A stretch of DNA of 64,000 bases from Mytilus edulis (lineage: Eukaryota), in the NCBI RefSeq assembly GCF_963676685.1, contig NC_092345.1:104718001-104782000 (forward strand), read 5' to 3'. Every line of letters starts with the position of its first letter. Position 1 is the stretch's first letter. A model generated the notes under the pieces. It was not told the DNA's origin. It saw only the letters and a list, made by a program, of their open reading frames with translations, and searched no databases. The translations under genes were made by a program, and so were the position numbers. Below, piece by piece: positions 36,901 to 51,900 of this stretch.

Positions 36901-39900
36901 AGAACTAATACATTATTACCTGATGTCACGTGTGACTTAAATGATAAAGACTCAGTTTCTAATTCTGTTGTAGTTTCAGATAGTCTCAAAATTAATGAAA
37001 CATTAGTCAATACTTCTGAATCTAAAAGTAAAGAATCTGGTGATAGTGTTAGACAAGAGTTGAAAGTAGATATCTCCTCACAACCTTGTGACTTACAAAT
37101 GAGTTCTGCTAGTGATGACGAGTCAGATGCTCTTGTCATTGATGAACCTGAAAACGATAACATTCAAACAGTTGCTATGGAAACACCAGCTAGTCCTGTC
37201 CCAGAAACACCTCTTAGTCCTGTCCCAGAAACACCTCTTAGTCCTGTATTATTTCGAAGCTCATTTGGTAGTGCTTTCAGTCCTCCTACAAGTCCCAGCA
37301 AGAGATTACGTACAGCAATTGACATGAATGATATAACTCCAAGAGGAGTTATGTCCCCTGACAGGACAGACAGAAACTCACCTACTAGTCCAGATCATAA
37401 CACATTTAGTTCTCCTGAAAGTAAGCCATGTAAAATCATACCCCTACAGAGGGATAGTGAGGAAGAGTTTGTAACTGATAATTCCTATATTTATCCTCGT
37501 CCAGTTAATTTATTTTATCCAGTTGCCAATCTTAATGAAATAGGATTAAGAAGGAAAGTTGAGGAGATATCTGAAGAGAACACTGAAAGTAAACCGTCAA
37601 TAGATATATCATCTACAGATCTCCTGAGTGAATATAATACTTCAGACAACAACTTAAACAAGATTCCAGACTCCACAGCTCTTGGTATTAAAACTGTGCC
37701 TCTTTCAGATGACACAACTGTATTAAAATCAGATCTCCACACATGTAGTGTAACACAAGCTGATGAACTACCTGACTGTATTTATAAATCAGGACCAGAT
37801 AGTCTGTGTACAGAGGTTTTAATTAAGTCTGTGAATTGTGCTGATCTATCTGTTCAGAACCAAGATTCTGATACGTCTAATACTGCATGTGGCAGTCATG
37901 AACTTATAGGTGGCAGTCATAATGTTGAAACTGTAATTATTGATACTAACACTGGTAGAGATAACCTTGAATCTAGCGATAATGAAATGTTACAAATAAA
38001 TACTGCTCTGTCAAAAGATGACAGTGAATCTTCAGATGAGATTGTCTCCCCTAGATCAAAAATCTTAAGAAAGAATAAAGACAGAAGTAAGAATTGTGAT
38101 GGTCAGAAAACTAAATTACGAGCTGCAGTTATTGAGAGTGATTCTGAGTCGGATGAAGAGATTGGATCAAAAAAGCATCCAATGACTGATAGATGTAGCA
38201 CTGATACAATAAGTCCCTTAACCAATAGTGAAATGATTGAATCGGGTAAAAGACCTTTAAGCAGATCTAATAGTACAGAAAACGTTTTCCAACCATTACA
38301 AAGGAAAAGACATAAGTCTGATAAGAGCATAGATGTCAAAACTGAAGGTAGCATGAATGTAGAGGCGGAAAGTGAAAATCTAGCAGAAATGGCTTGTACT
38401 CGTAGAAAAACTAGGTCTTCTGTAGGATTAAGGAAACAAGAGACAATCTTAAATAAGAAAACTTTAGAAAAACTACCTTCATCACCTAAAAAATGTAAAT
38501 CTGTTGATGATGATCAGCCATCTGATTTTTGTGAAGAGTCTATGCCAACCAAAAGACAAACTAGAAGGAGCATGGACAGCCAGGACCAAGAACAAAGATC
38601 CAGTAAACTAGCTATATTAGATAGAGTCAAGAAAAATTTAAGGTCAGTATAAAGGATTAATTCAAAGTAAAATTCCATAGGGGGCTGTAAAAAAACTTTT
38701 GATTGGTTGAAATACAATGAGTATTTGACAAAGCTTGCATGGTTTGTTTGTTGTTAAATTTTGATTGATTTATAGTTTTCCAACCATGTGTGGAAACATT
38801 GTGTGTAGCCAAGAAACAACAGAATGGTTTAAAATATATTAAATTTGTTGTCATGGTAACTCATTAAATGTGGAGTTTTTTCTTCTTTAAACACTTTGTA
38901 TTTGAGTATAGTTTGAGCACATTTAAGAACATTTATAGTTCCTGATTAATTTGCACAAATTTTGGCCAAACAAAAGCCTTATTGCCCCTACTCTTTTGCA
39001 TATTTCAATATTCTGCAGAAAAAATATACATTACATAATTACATAATAGAAATACATATCAGGATTAGCACAACTATGGCATATTATATATTGCATGTTG
39101 CATTTTGTATTATGTTTATATGCTTTTGATAACCATGACTACTGAGTACTAATTAAGGGGTTCGACGAGTTACAGAAAAGAGCGACGATTTACAGAAAAG
39201 AACCGAAAAGGACCAAAAAGAACCGGAAAGGACCGAAAAGAACAGAAAAGGAGATCGACGTTTTTTGTAATTGAAGAAAATTAGCAAATTGCAAATTATT
39301 TAAGTCTATTATAAATGAAAATTGGTGGAGTAAACAGTCTTGCAAAATTATATAATATTTCTACAGGTTACCTAAGTTTGTATTCCGAAATGAATTAATT
39401 GTCAAAAATAACTGAAGTACAACAACCATTAAAATATAATCACATCATACGTGAATAATTAGCTCTAAAAGTCCCACATATTTTACACTCTTTAGAAGTT
39501 TTAGTGATGAAATTTCTATACATAACCTTCAGACGTCGTCTCGTCTGATGCAATAAAAAAATAATTGTTGCTGTCTAATGAAAGTATTTTCACCCTCTCC
39601 TTTACGACAGATATACGATAAAATAACTAAACAGGTACAAATAAACAAACAAATTAAAACAAAACTCAGCTTTATAAGCAAACTGGTACCTATGCGACTG
39701 TACATTATGACAATCTATTGCCGGTTGCTGTGTGTGTGTGTATTTTTCTTGTACCGCTGTTTCATTGACGTGAGCCTCAAATCTTATTTTATTTCAGTAT
39801 TTGACTTTCGAATTCGAATTGTATTTTGCATTCAACTGTCCAAAATGCCTTCACAGGTGTATAGTTGTTAACACGAAATAACTATACCAATACCATAATT

Positions 39901-42900
39901 TTACACCATATCCAGGTAACAAAAAAATGAAAACATTAGTTTAGCAGGAATTGCTTATATTTCAGAAAAACCAAAGTCCATTCTTGGATTTTGACTGGAT
40001 TCATTTTTCCTCAATCTGTATATGTGTTTGTAGTCCAGTGTGGACTGTTGTTTATCGTGTTGCATTTTTAACTTTCTACTGAATTTAAAGGGGCATTAGC
40101 TGTCAAACTGATGATAACCGATTTGGCATAAATTCTCATATTTGATTCATAACATACTAAAACGTAAATCCAAATTACAAAATGTCTAAAAGAAACAATT
40201 AACAATGCATGGACTAGATATAACGTATAAGCATTTCGTTCGTATTTTAGACTAGATGCCGTCAAATTAACCATCGAGATTACCTCCGAAGACTGCCGAT
40301 AGTTATTCGACCCGATTTAAACATAAATATAAATATAGAATAGACTGAGAAGCATGTGGAGTTGTGTAATGGCGAACTTACGAGGTCTGTTTAATTTCAT
40401 GTCATAGATTTGAGAAATGTAAATCATTGTTTTTACCTGGATATGAATGATTTCTTGTTGACCAAATCGGTCGAAGAAAGTTTTTTTTTTTAAATGGTGG
40501 ATCACTTGTTTCACTTTTCAATGTTGGCATTCCTTTCGTTTTAGTTTCTGAACACGCTAAGGGCATGCGTAATCAATCTTCAGATAAAGGTCAAGTAAGG
40601 GTTACTTGAAGACGGGTTCAACTGAGGTTGAATTATTCACCTGCAAGTCAATAATATATTCGAAATGTTTTCGATTTTGACCAAATTGTACCAAGTTGAC
40701 TGCCAATAACGAAATAGTATATCATTATTCCGCTTTCGTAACTGTTTCAGACCCCAAAAAAATCAAATTTTAATATTTGTCTAAATGGAATCTAACATGT
40801 CTTATGTCCCTTTAACAGATTTAATTAAAATTTTCGATTGTGTTTAATTGGCCTATATTTAACATACATTTTGTATAGCAAATACTGTAAAAATTATCTC
40901 TTCTTGTATTAGACCGTTTAAGATTTTGGAAACAACTCATCATTTAAAAAAAGCATAATGTCTTGCATTCTTGTGTCAGTGAAAAAGGTGCGTCAAGATC
41001 GTTTCAAATTGTAACATTTATATAAAATCAAAAATACAAAAACTGTAATAGAAATTAAAGTGTAAAACTATAAATTAAACAACAACCCATCCATAATTAT
41101 TTTACACATCCATGTTCCAACTTATGCATGTTATATTTATCTAAATATATGTCAAACTTGCTTTTAAGTATACCGATGACAATCTTTACAAGTGATAAAG
41201 ACAAATTAATGGAGTAAACAGTCTTGCAAAATTATATAATATTACTATAGGGTTACCTAAGTTTATATTCCGAAATGAATTAATTGTCGAAAATAACTGA
41301 AGTGCAACAACCATTAAGATATAATCACCTCATACATTTATAATTAGCTTTAAGAGTCCTACTTATTTTACACTCTTTAGAAGTTTTCCAATTGAAATTT
41401 CAATATAAAACCTTCAGAAGTCGTCTCATCTGATGCAGAAAAAAAACACCCTACAGATATAGCAATTTTTTTCCCCCATTGAATTTTTCTTAAAATTTGC
41501 ATACATATACCATGCAATGGCCTCTATAAAAATTTGAGTTAAAAATAGTATGTCACCAGACTCGTTTCCATGGTAACGGCCAGCAAAGTTGGTACATTAC
41601 GGGTATGCATAAATACATACCTGATGTAAAAAACCTGGATTTTTTTCAAGCTTTTGAAAGTATTTTGAAAGGTTTTGTTCTTCATTTATTACAAAATTAT
41701 TATTAAAAATGTAAATAAAACACAAATAATGGCAGTTTTATTCATATTCATTAATTTTGGCTCCAATTTCATTAACACTGCTGCACACAGAAGTCGTCTC
41801 ATCTGATGCAGAAAAAAAACAATAATTGTTGCAGTCTTATGACATGTATGAAAGTATTTTCACCCTCTCCTTACCATGTTTACGACAGATATACGATAAA
41901 ATAACTAAACAGGTACAAATAAACAAACAAATTGAAACAAAACTCGGCTTTCAAAATATAAGCAAACTGGTACCCGTTATCTCCATGTACAAATTTCTCT
42001 ATAGATACATGTAGCACAGGCCAACATTTATCACCATCTGACATCGTTTAGCTAATCTGCATATCTGTTTTAACTTTTAAGTGGTTTATAAGATAAAATT
42101 AATAAAAATCAACAGGTCATTAACGTTTTTCACACCCTTTCATCTATACGCTATATAAAGAGTAAACAATTATCAATTTAATATACCGAAACCGGGTGCG
42201 CTTTTCATTTATTTATATTTACTGAAACACGAAATGAAATGACTGTAAAGTGCACAAAATTTATAATATGTAGATAATGATGCATTTTTTTTTATTGATT
42301 AATCTCCTTTTATTCACATGTAGCCCATCATTTTATATACCGTAAATTGAATTAAGAAATTGAAACGAATCAAGAACACCGTAAAGTTTGCCAAGGTTTA
42401 CATGTAGCAGGAATTGAAATTTTCTTCAAAAGTATTTTACAATTCTATCTTCTAAAACAAGGAAATGACACTTTGAGTTTTGTTCAAAAACATTTATAAA
42501 TGCCTTAATAGAGGGAAATCTAACTTTTTTTGTAAGTCTACATATCCCTATAAATGTACAATCTAAATTTGAATTATACATTCCTTTATTACGAGTGGAA
42601 AACAATTGGTTTATATATATATACATTGTTTTAACTTTAAATACTAATTATATGTATGCTCTTTTCGGTCCTTTTCGGTTCTTTTCTGTTCTTTTTTGTA
42701 AATCGTCGCTCTTTTCTGTAAATCGTTGGACCGCTAATTAAATCTTTTAGTATTATATATTTTTATGATTACCAGGTCAAAATCTACATCACAAGAAACT
42801 AGTACAGACAAGCAAACAGATAATACAGGTAAAGAAAAGTGTAAAGAGCGTGACGTATGCCATGATGGTAAAGGGTACAAATAAAAAAGGGGGATGTGGT

Positions 42901-45900
42901 ATGATTGCCAATAAAACAGCTGTCCACCATATGTCTATGTGGTTAGGGTTATCTTAACTTAACCTCATTTTCGTGGTTCATTAGCTAGCTTCATTTCTCT
43001 GAAACTGACCTTATTATTATATATATGAATTTTCAAAACCTTGATCTTAAGGATCATTAAAGCAGTGGAGACATTTCATCATTTTCACTCTTTGTTCTAA
43101 AACCTGTTTGGTTGTTTAGCCACATTTCTTTTCAGAATGGAGACATTAAGGATGTACAACTCTGAGAAACCAAACACTTTTTTTGGTACGGCTCTTTGAA
43201 AATATTCAATTTTGATGATTTTCCCATTATTCATCAATTTTTACCTTTTTAGCTCACCTGGCCCGAAGGGCCAAGTGAGCTATTCCCATCACTTTGCGTC
43301 CGGCGTCCGTCGTCGTCCGTCGTCGTCCGTCGTCCGTCGTCGTCCGTCGTCCGTCATCCGTCGTCGTTAACTTTTACAAAAATCTTCTCCTCTGAAACTA
43401 CTGGGCCAAATCAAACCAAACTTGGCCACAATCATCATTGGGGTATCTAGTTTAAAAAATGTGTGGCGTGACCCGGTCAACCGACCAAGATGGCCGCCAC
43501 GGCTAAAAATAGAACATAGGGGTAAAATGCAGTTTTTGGCTTATAACTCAAAAACCAAAGCATTTAGAGAAAATCTGACATGGGGTAAAAATGTTTATCA
43601 GGTCAAGTTCTATCTGCCCTGAAATTTTCAGATGAATCAGTCAATCTGTTGTTGGGTTGCTGCCCCTGAATTGGTAATTTTGAGGAAATTTTGCTGTTTT
43701 TGGTTATTATCTTGAATATTATTATAGATAGAGATAAACTGTAAACAGCAATAATGTTCAGCAAAGTAAGATCTACAAATAAGTCAACATGACCAAAATG
43801 GTCAGTTGACCCGTTTAGGAGTTATTGCCCTTTATAGTCAATTTTTAACCATTTTTCGTAAATTAAAGTAATCTTTTACAAAAATCTTCTCCTCTGAAAC
43901 TACTGGGCCAAATTAATCCAAACTTGGCCACAATCATCTTTGGGGTATCTAGTTTAAAAAATGTGTGGCGTGACCTGCTCAACCAACCAAGATGGCCGCC
44001 ACGGCTAAAAATAGAACAAAGGGGTAAAATGCAGTTTTTGGCTTATAACTCAAAAACCAAAGCATTTTGAGGAAATCTGACATGGGATAAAAATGTTTAT
44101 TAGGTCAAGATCTATCTGCCCTAAAATTTTCAGATGAATCGGTCAATTGGTTGTTGGGTTGCTGCCCCTGAATTGGTAATTTTGAGGAAATTTTGCTGTT
44201 TTTGGTTACTATCTTGAATATTATTATAGATAGAGATAAACTGTAAACAGCAATAATGTTCAGCAAAGTAAGATCTACAAATAAGTCAACATGACCAAAA
44301 TGGTCAGTTGACCCGTTTAGGAGTTATTGCCCTTTATAGTCAATTTTTAACCATTTTTCGTAAATTAAAGTAATCTTTTACAAAAATCTTCTCCTCTGAA
44401 ACTACTGGGCCAAATTAAACCAAACTTGGCCACAATCATCTTTGGGGTATCTAGTTTAAAAAATGTGTGGCGTGACCTGGTCAACAAACCAAGATGGCCG
44501 CCACCGCTAAAAATAGAACATAGGGGTAAAATGCAGTTTTTGGCTTATAACTCAAAAACCAAAGCATTTTGAGGAAATCTGACATGGGATAAAAATGTTT
44601 ATCAGGTCAAGATCTATCTGCCCTGAAATTTTCAGATGAATCGGTCGATCGGTTGTTGGGTTGCTGCCCCTGAATTGGTAATTTTGAGGAAATTTTGCTG
44701 TTTTTGGTTATTATCTTGAATATTATTATAGATAGAGATAAATTGTAAACAGCAATAATGTTCAGCAAAGTAAGATCTACAAATAAGTCAACATGACCAA
44801 AATGGTCAGTTGACCCCTTTAGGAGTTATTGCCCTTTATAGTCAATCTTTAACCATTTTTCATAAATCTAAGTAATCTTTTACAAAATCTCCACTGAAAC
44901 TACTAGGCCACAATCATCTTTGGGGTATCTAGTTTGAAAAATGTGTCCGATGACCTGGCCATTCAACCAAGATGGCCGCCACGGCTAAAAATAGAACATA
45001 GGGGTAAAATGCAGTTTTTGGCTTATAACTATGAAACCAAAGCATCTAGAGCAAATCTGACAAGAAGTTAAATTGTTAATCAAGTCAATATCTATCTGCC
45101 CTGAATTTTTCAGATGAATTGGACAACTGGTTGTTGGGTTGCTGCCCTCCAATTGGTAATTTTTAAAGAAATTTTGCCGTTTTTGGTTATCTTGAATACT
45201 ATTATAGATAGCGATAAACTGTAAACAGCAATAATGTTCAGCAAAGTAAGATCTACAAATAAGTCAACATGACCTAAATGGTCAATTGACCCCTTAAGGA
45301 GTTATTGCCCTTTATAGTCAATTTTTAACAATTTTCATTAATTTGGTAAATTTATGTAAATTTTTACCAAATATAGTTCTCTGTTACTAATGGGCAAAGT
45401 TCATGATAGATATAATTGTAAGAAGCAAAATATTTCAGTAAAGTAAGAACTTCAAACACATCACCATCACCAAAATACAATTTTGTCATGAATCCATTTG
45501 TGTCCTTTGTTTAATATGCACATAGACCAAGGTGAGCGACACAGGCTCTTTAGAGCCTCTAGTTTTGGGCTATTATTGTGAAAAAATCACAGTTCCACAA
45601 TTAAACTTTTTTTCATACTTTCAAGAAAGATGAAGTGGACCAATCTGAATAAATTTAACTTAAAAAAACTATAAGTAGGTGTAAATATAAGACAGTTTTG
45701 TCATATTTTGATGCTTTTTAGCTCACCTGGCCCGAAGGGCCAAGTGAGCTTTTCCCATCACTTTGCGTCCGGCGTCCGTCGTCGTCGTCGTCCGTCGTCG
45801 TTAACTTTTACAAAAATCTTCTCCTCTGAAACTGCTGGGCCAAATTAAACCAAACTTGGCCACAATCATCATTGGGGTATCTAGTTTAAAAAATGTGTGG

Positions 45901-48900
45901 CGTGACCCCGCCTATCAACCAAGATGGCCGCCATGGCTAAAAATAGAACATAGGGGTAAAATGCAGTTTTTGGCTTATAACTCAAAAACCAAAGCATTTA
46001 GAGCAAATCTGACATGGGGTAAAATTGTTTATCAGGTCAAGATCTATCTGCCCAGAAATTTTCAGATGAATCGGACAACCCGTTGATGGGTTGCTGCCCC
46101 TGAATTGGTAATTTTATGGAAATTTTGCTGTTTTTGGTTATTATCTTGAATATTATTATAGATAGAGATAAACTGTAAACAGCAATAATGTTCAGCAAAG
46201 TAAGATTTACAAATAAGTCAACATGACCGAAATGGTCAGTTGACCCCTTAAGGAGTTTTTGCCTTTTATAGTCAATTTTTAACCATTTTTCGTAAATCTT
46301 AGTAATCTTTAACAAAAATCTTCTCCTCTGAAACTACTGGGCTAAATTAATCCAAACTTGGCCACAATCATCTTTGGGGTATGTAGTTTAAAAAATGTGT
46401 CCGGTGACCTGGCCATCCAACCAAGATGGCTGCCACGGCTAAATATAGGATAAGGGGTAAAGTGCAGTTTTTGGCTTATAACTCAAAAATCAAAGCATTT
46501 AGAGCAAATCTGACGAGTGAAATTGTTTATCATGTCAAGATCCATCTGCCCTGAAATTTTCAGATGGATCCGACAACCGGTTGTTGGGTTGCTGCCCCTG
46601 AATTGGTAATTTTAAGAAAATTTTGACGTTTTTTGTTATTATCTTGAATATTATTATAGATAGAGATAAACTGTAAACAGCAATAATGTACAGCAAAGTA
46701 AAACCTAAAGATAAGTCAAACATGACAAAAATGGTCAGTTGACCCCCTGAGGAGTTATTGTCCTTTATAGTCAATTTTTAACAATTTTCATAAAATTTGT
46801 AAATTTTTACTAACATTTTCCACTGAAACTACTGGGCCAAGATCATTATAGATAGAGATAATTGTAAGGAGCAAGAATGTTCAGTAAAGTAAGATGTACA
46901 AACACATCACCATCACCTAAACACAATTTTGTCATGAATCCATCTGCTTCCTTTGTTTAATATTCACATATACCAAGGTGAGCGACACAGGCTCTTTAGA
47001 GCCTCTAGTTTGTGTCAAATTAACCATGCTGTCAATTTTGTAAATTTGTGATTCTTCTCAGTTTTAAGAACAAAATGCATATTATTTCGTCTTTTTCGTT
47101 ATAAATGATTGAAAAAATTCATATCTAAGAAATTCAAAAGACAAAAGTTTTATGGGATGTACATGATCTTTTTTTGTACCTCTCACCCATTTTCTCAAAA
47201 TTTTGGCTATAAAGACTGACTTGATTGGTTGTAAAATTTGAAAACTTGATTACTCAAAAACTATTCACTGTAAATACACAATTTTTTCACAGAGTTATGT
47301 TTGATTATAATATTTTTAAAATTCATTGATATTTTCCACTTGTATCACATGTTTTGGAAATAATTCCAGAACGAGATTTCAACGAGACTGAAACGTCAGA
47401 AGAATACATCCTTAAGTCTGATGTCTCAAAACATTAAATACATAAGTGAGATTGCATTCCAAAAAATGAAGAAAACCCTATAGCAAAAAACATCTAGTGG
47501 ACAACATTAGACCTTTGACTATTGTCTATACAAACATCTAGTGGACAACATTAGACCTTTGACTATTGTCTATACCATCCAGTGGACAACATTAGACCTT
47601 TGACTATTGTCTATACCATCTAGTGCCGTAGTGGACAACATTAGACCTTTGACTATTGTCTATATCATGTAGTGGACAACATTAGACCTTTGACTATTGT
47701 CTATACCATGTAGTGGACAACATTAGACCTTTGACTATTGTCTATACCATCCAGTGGACAACATTAGACCTTTGACTATTGTCTATACCATCCAGTGGAC
47801 AACATTAGACCTTTGACTATTGTCTATACAAACATCTAGTGGACAACATTAGACCTTTAACTATTGTCTATACAAACATATAGTGGACAACATTAGACCT
47901 TTGACTATTGTCTATACAAACATCTAGTGAACAACATTAGACCTTTGACTATTGTCTATACCATCTAGTGGACAACATTAGACCTTTGACTATTGTCTAT
48001 ACAAACATCTAGTGGACAACATTAGACCTTTAACTATTGTCTATACAAACATCTAGTGGACAACATTAGACCTTTGACTATTGTCTATACAAACATCTAG
48101 TGGACAACATTAGACCTTTGACTATTGTCCTTTGACTATTGTCTATACCATCTAGTGGACAACATTAAACCTTTGACTATTGTCCTTTGACTATTGTCTA
48201 TACCATCTAGTGGACAACATTAGACCTTTGACTATTGTCTATACCATCTAGTGGACAACATTAGACCTTTGACTATTGTCTATACCATCTAGTGGAAAAC
48301 ATTAGACCTTTGACTATTGTCTATACCATCTAGTGGACAACATTAGACCTTTGACTATTGTCCTTTGACTATTGTCTATACCATCTAGTGGACAACATTA
48401 GACCTTTGACTATTGTCCTTTGACTATTGTCTATACCATCTAGTGGACAACATTAGACCTTTGACTATTGTCTATACCATCTAGTGGACAGCATTAGACC
48501 TTTGACTATTGTCTATACCATGTAGTGGACAACATTAGACCTTTGACTATTGTCTATACTATCTAGTGAACAACATTAGACCTTTGACTATTGTCTATAC
48601 CATGTAGTGGACAACATTAGACCTTTGACTATTGTCTATACCATGTAGTGGACAACATTAGACCTTTGACTATTGTCTATACCATCTAGTGGACAACATT
48701 TGACCTTTGACTATTGTCTATACCATGTAGTGGACAACATTAGACCTTTGACTATTGTCTATACCATGTAGTGGACAACATTAGACCTTTGACTATTGTC
48801 TATACCATCTAGTGGACAACATTAGACCTTTGACTATTGTCTATACCATCTAGTGGACAACATTTGACCTTTGACTATTGTCTATACCATGTAGTGGACA

Positions 48901-51900
48901 ACATTAGACCTTTGACTATTGTCTATACCATCCAGTGGACAACATTAGACCTTTGACTATTGTCTATACCATCTAGTGCCGTAGTGGACAACATTAGACC
49001 TTTGACTATTGTCTATACCATGTAGTGGACAACATTAGACCTTTGACTATTGTCTATACTATCTAGTGAACAACATTAGACCTTTGACTATTGTCTATAC
49101 CATGTAGTGGACAACATTAGACCTTTGACTATTGTCTATACCATGTAGTGGACAACATTAGACCTTTGACTATTGTCTATACCATCTAGTGGACAACATT
49201 TGACCTTTGACTATTGTCTATACCATGTAGTGGACAACATTAGACCTTTGACTATTGTCTATACCATCTAGTGGACAACATTAGACCTTTGACTATTGTC
49301 TATACCATGTAGTGGACAACATTAGACCTTTGACTATTGTCTATACCATGTAGTACAACATTAGACCTTTGACTATTGTCTATACCATCTAGTGGACAAC
49401 ATTAGACCTTTGACTATTGTCTATACCATCTAGTGGACAACATTTGACCTTTGACTATTGTCTATACCATGTAGTGGACAACATTAGACCTTTGACTATT
49501 GTCTATACCATGTAGTGGACAACATTAGACCTTTGACTATTGTCTATACCATGTAGTGGACAACATTAGACCTTTGACTATTGTCTATACCATCTAGTGG
49601 ACAACATTAGACCTTTGACTATTGTCTATACCATCTAGTGGACAACATTTGACCTTTGACTATTGTCTATACCATGTAGTGGACAACATTAGACCTTTGA
49701 CTATTGTCTATACCATGTAGTGGACAACATTAGACCTTTGACTATTGTCTATACCATGTAGTGGACAACATTAGACCTTTGACTATTGTCTATACCATGT
49801 AGTGGACAACATTAGACCTTTGACTATTGTCTATACAAACATCTAGTGGACAACATTGGACCTTTGACTATTGTCTATACGATCTAGTGGACAACATTAG
49901 ACCTTTGACTATTGTCTATACCATGTAGTGGACAACATTAGACCTTTGACTATTGTCTATACCATGTAGTGGACAACATTAGACCTTTGACTATTGTCTA
50001 TACAAACATCTAGTGGACAACATTGGACCTTTGACTATTGTCTATACGATCTAGTGGACAACATTAGACCTTTGACTATTGTCTATACCATGTCATTTTA
50101 TAAAAAATGAAATGATACTAATAAAGTTTATAAACAATTTTCAAAGATTATGTTATTATATTTTTGATAAAACCAAACATGTTTAATGTCAAACTGCAAC
50201 TATGTACTTCTGGATTAATAATTTGTTGTCTTTGTTTCCAGATAAAAATGAACCATTAAAACGGAAGAGAGGACGTCCTCAAAAAAGAAAATATGTCCAA
50301 GGTATTTATTATTTAACATGTAATGAATTTTTTAAGGAATTATAATTTATATAATAGACCACTATAAAGTTAGGAGATGATTGCCAATGACACAACTAGC
50401 CACTAAAGATTGTGGTTTACCCATAAAATAATGAATCCACATTATAGATCTTCAATATTATTTGTAGGATCTCCATTTTATGGACATATGTGTATAACTA
50501 GCATATCTTGTGCTGAAAATTATGTTATACACTGCTAATTATTATGTACTGACTTTTCACAGAGGACACTCAAAGTACAGATTTGTCTAAGAGTGAGAAG
50601 CAGGATTCTGAAATGGAAGTACATAAAGGGGAGACCACTCAAATACCAAATGAGGAAGATATTACAAATCTTACAGTGACAAAATCAGTGGCTAATCAGG
50701 AAGACATTACAAATCTTACTGTGACAAAATCAGTGGCTAATCAGGAAGACATTACAAATCTTACTGTGAGAAAATCAGTGGCTAATCAGGAAGACATTAC
50801 AAATCTTACTGTGACAAAATCAGTGGCTAATCAGGAAAATACCAATACTATTGAGTCAAACACGACAGATGGTGTAGATGTAAATGAAGACAAAGGTCAA
50901 ACTACAGTAGATGACATCAATATAAATCATAAAAAAGACAACTTAGAAAAAGGAAAGTCAAAAGAAACAGGTATTGATTGATGTTAGAATAAAGATAAGA
51001 ATATTAAAAGAAAAAGAAAACAGGTATCTAACAGTACTAGAGTAAAGATTAGAGTAAAAAAAACAAAGATCATACATTAAATATTAAAAATAAAAAATTC
51101 CAATGGATATCTAACCATGATAGGCTATAAATATGCTGTCAAAATGGATAGGCTATAAATGGCTATAAATAGGCTGTCAAAATGGATAGGCTATAAATAG
51201 GCTGTCAAAATGGATAGGCTATAAATAGGCTGTCAAAATGGATAGGCTATAAATAGGCTGTCAAAATGGATAGGCTATAAATAGGCTGTCAAAATGGATA
51301 GGCTAAAAATAGGCTGTCAAAATGGATAGGCTATAAATAGGCTGTCAAAATGGATAGGCTATAAATATCCTATCAAAATGGATAGGCTATAAATATGCTG
51401 TCAAAATGGATAGGCTATAAATATGCTGTCAAAATGGATAGGCTATAAATATGCTATCAAAATGGATAAGCTATAAATATGGTATCAAAATGGAAAAATC
51501 CACCATATAAATAAACATCAAAATGAAATGCAAAATACAAATATTTAACAGTGCAAAATTTCCACAATAATTTCTACAAACTGATTGCAAACTTGTAAAC
51601 TTGTTAATGAGTTAAACAAGCAGTAACGTTATGGTTTTGATTGGTCTACATATCTGAATAAATTACTGATTGTTATCTATTTATAGAACCAGCCATTGTT
51701 GAGAAGACCCAGCCACAAAAAGTGGACACCCACGTAAAGATAGCTAATACATTACAGAAAACAACAGTCCAGAAAGGACAAGAGAAGTCTGTCAATCCTT
51801 TAGAGAATATTCTGCAGGCACAAGAAAGACAGAAGTGTGTTAATCCTTTAGAGAATATTCTGCAGGCACAAGAAAGACTGTTGATTAATCCAAAACATCA

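Larger units (their letters stand above)
43150..47411. mobile_element. TTAA-TSD non-autonomous element (Kolobok-like) hosting two HINE insertions
   Basis: ttaa|GGATGTA ... TACATCC|ttaa. Confidence 0.65.

Noticed and set aside
36297-38354. Antisense and alternate-frame ORFs over the large ICE2 exon
   Set aside because: Shadow ORFs of a long coding exon; no motifs.
43422-46774. Short ORFs repeated in the 502-bp units (also 4685-4870, 28775-29038)
   Set aside because: Not maintained across units; non-coding repeat.
47490-50093. CRISPR-like array
   Set aside because: Units are contiguous with no unique spacers, the context is eukaryotic and there are no cas genes.
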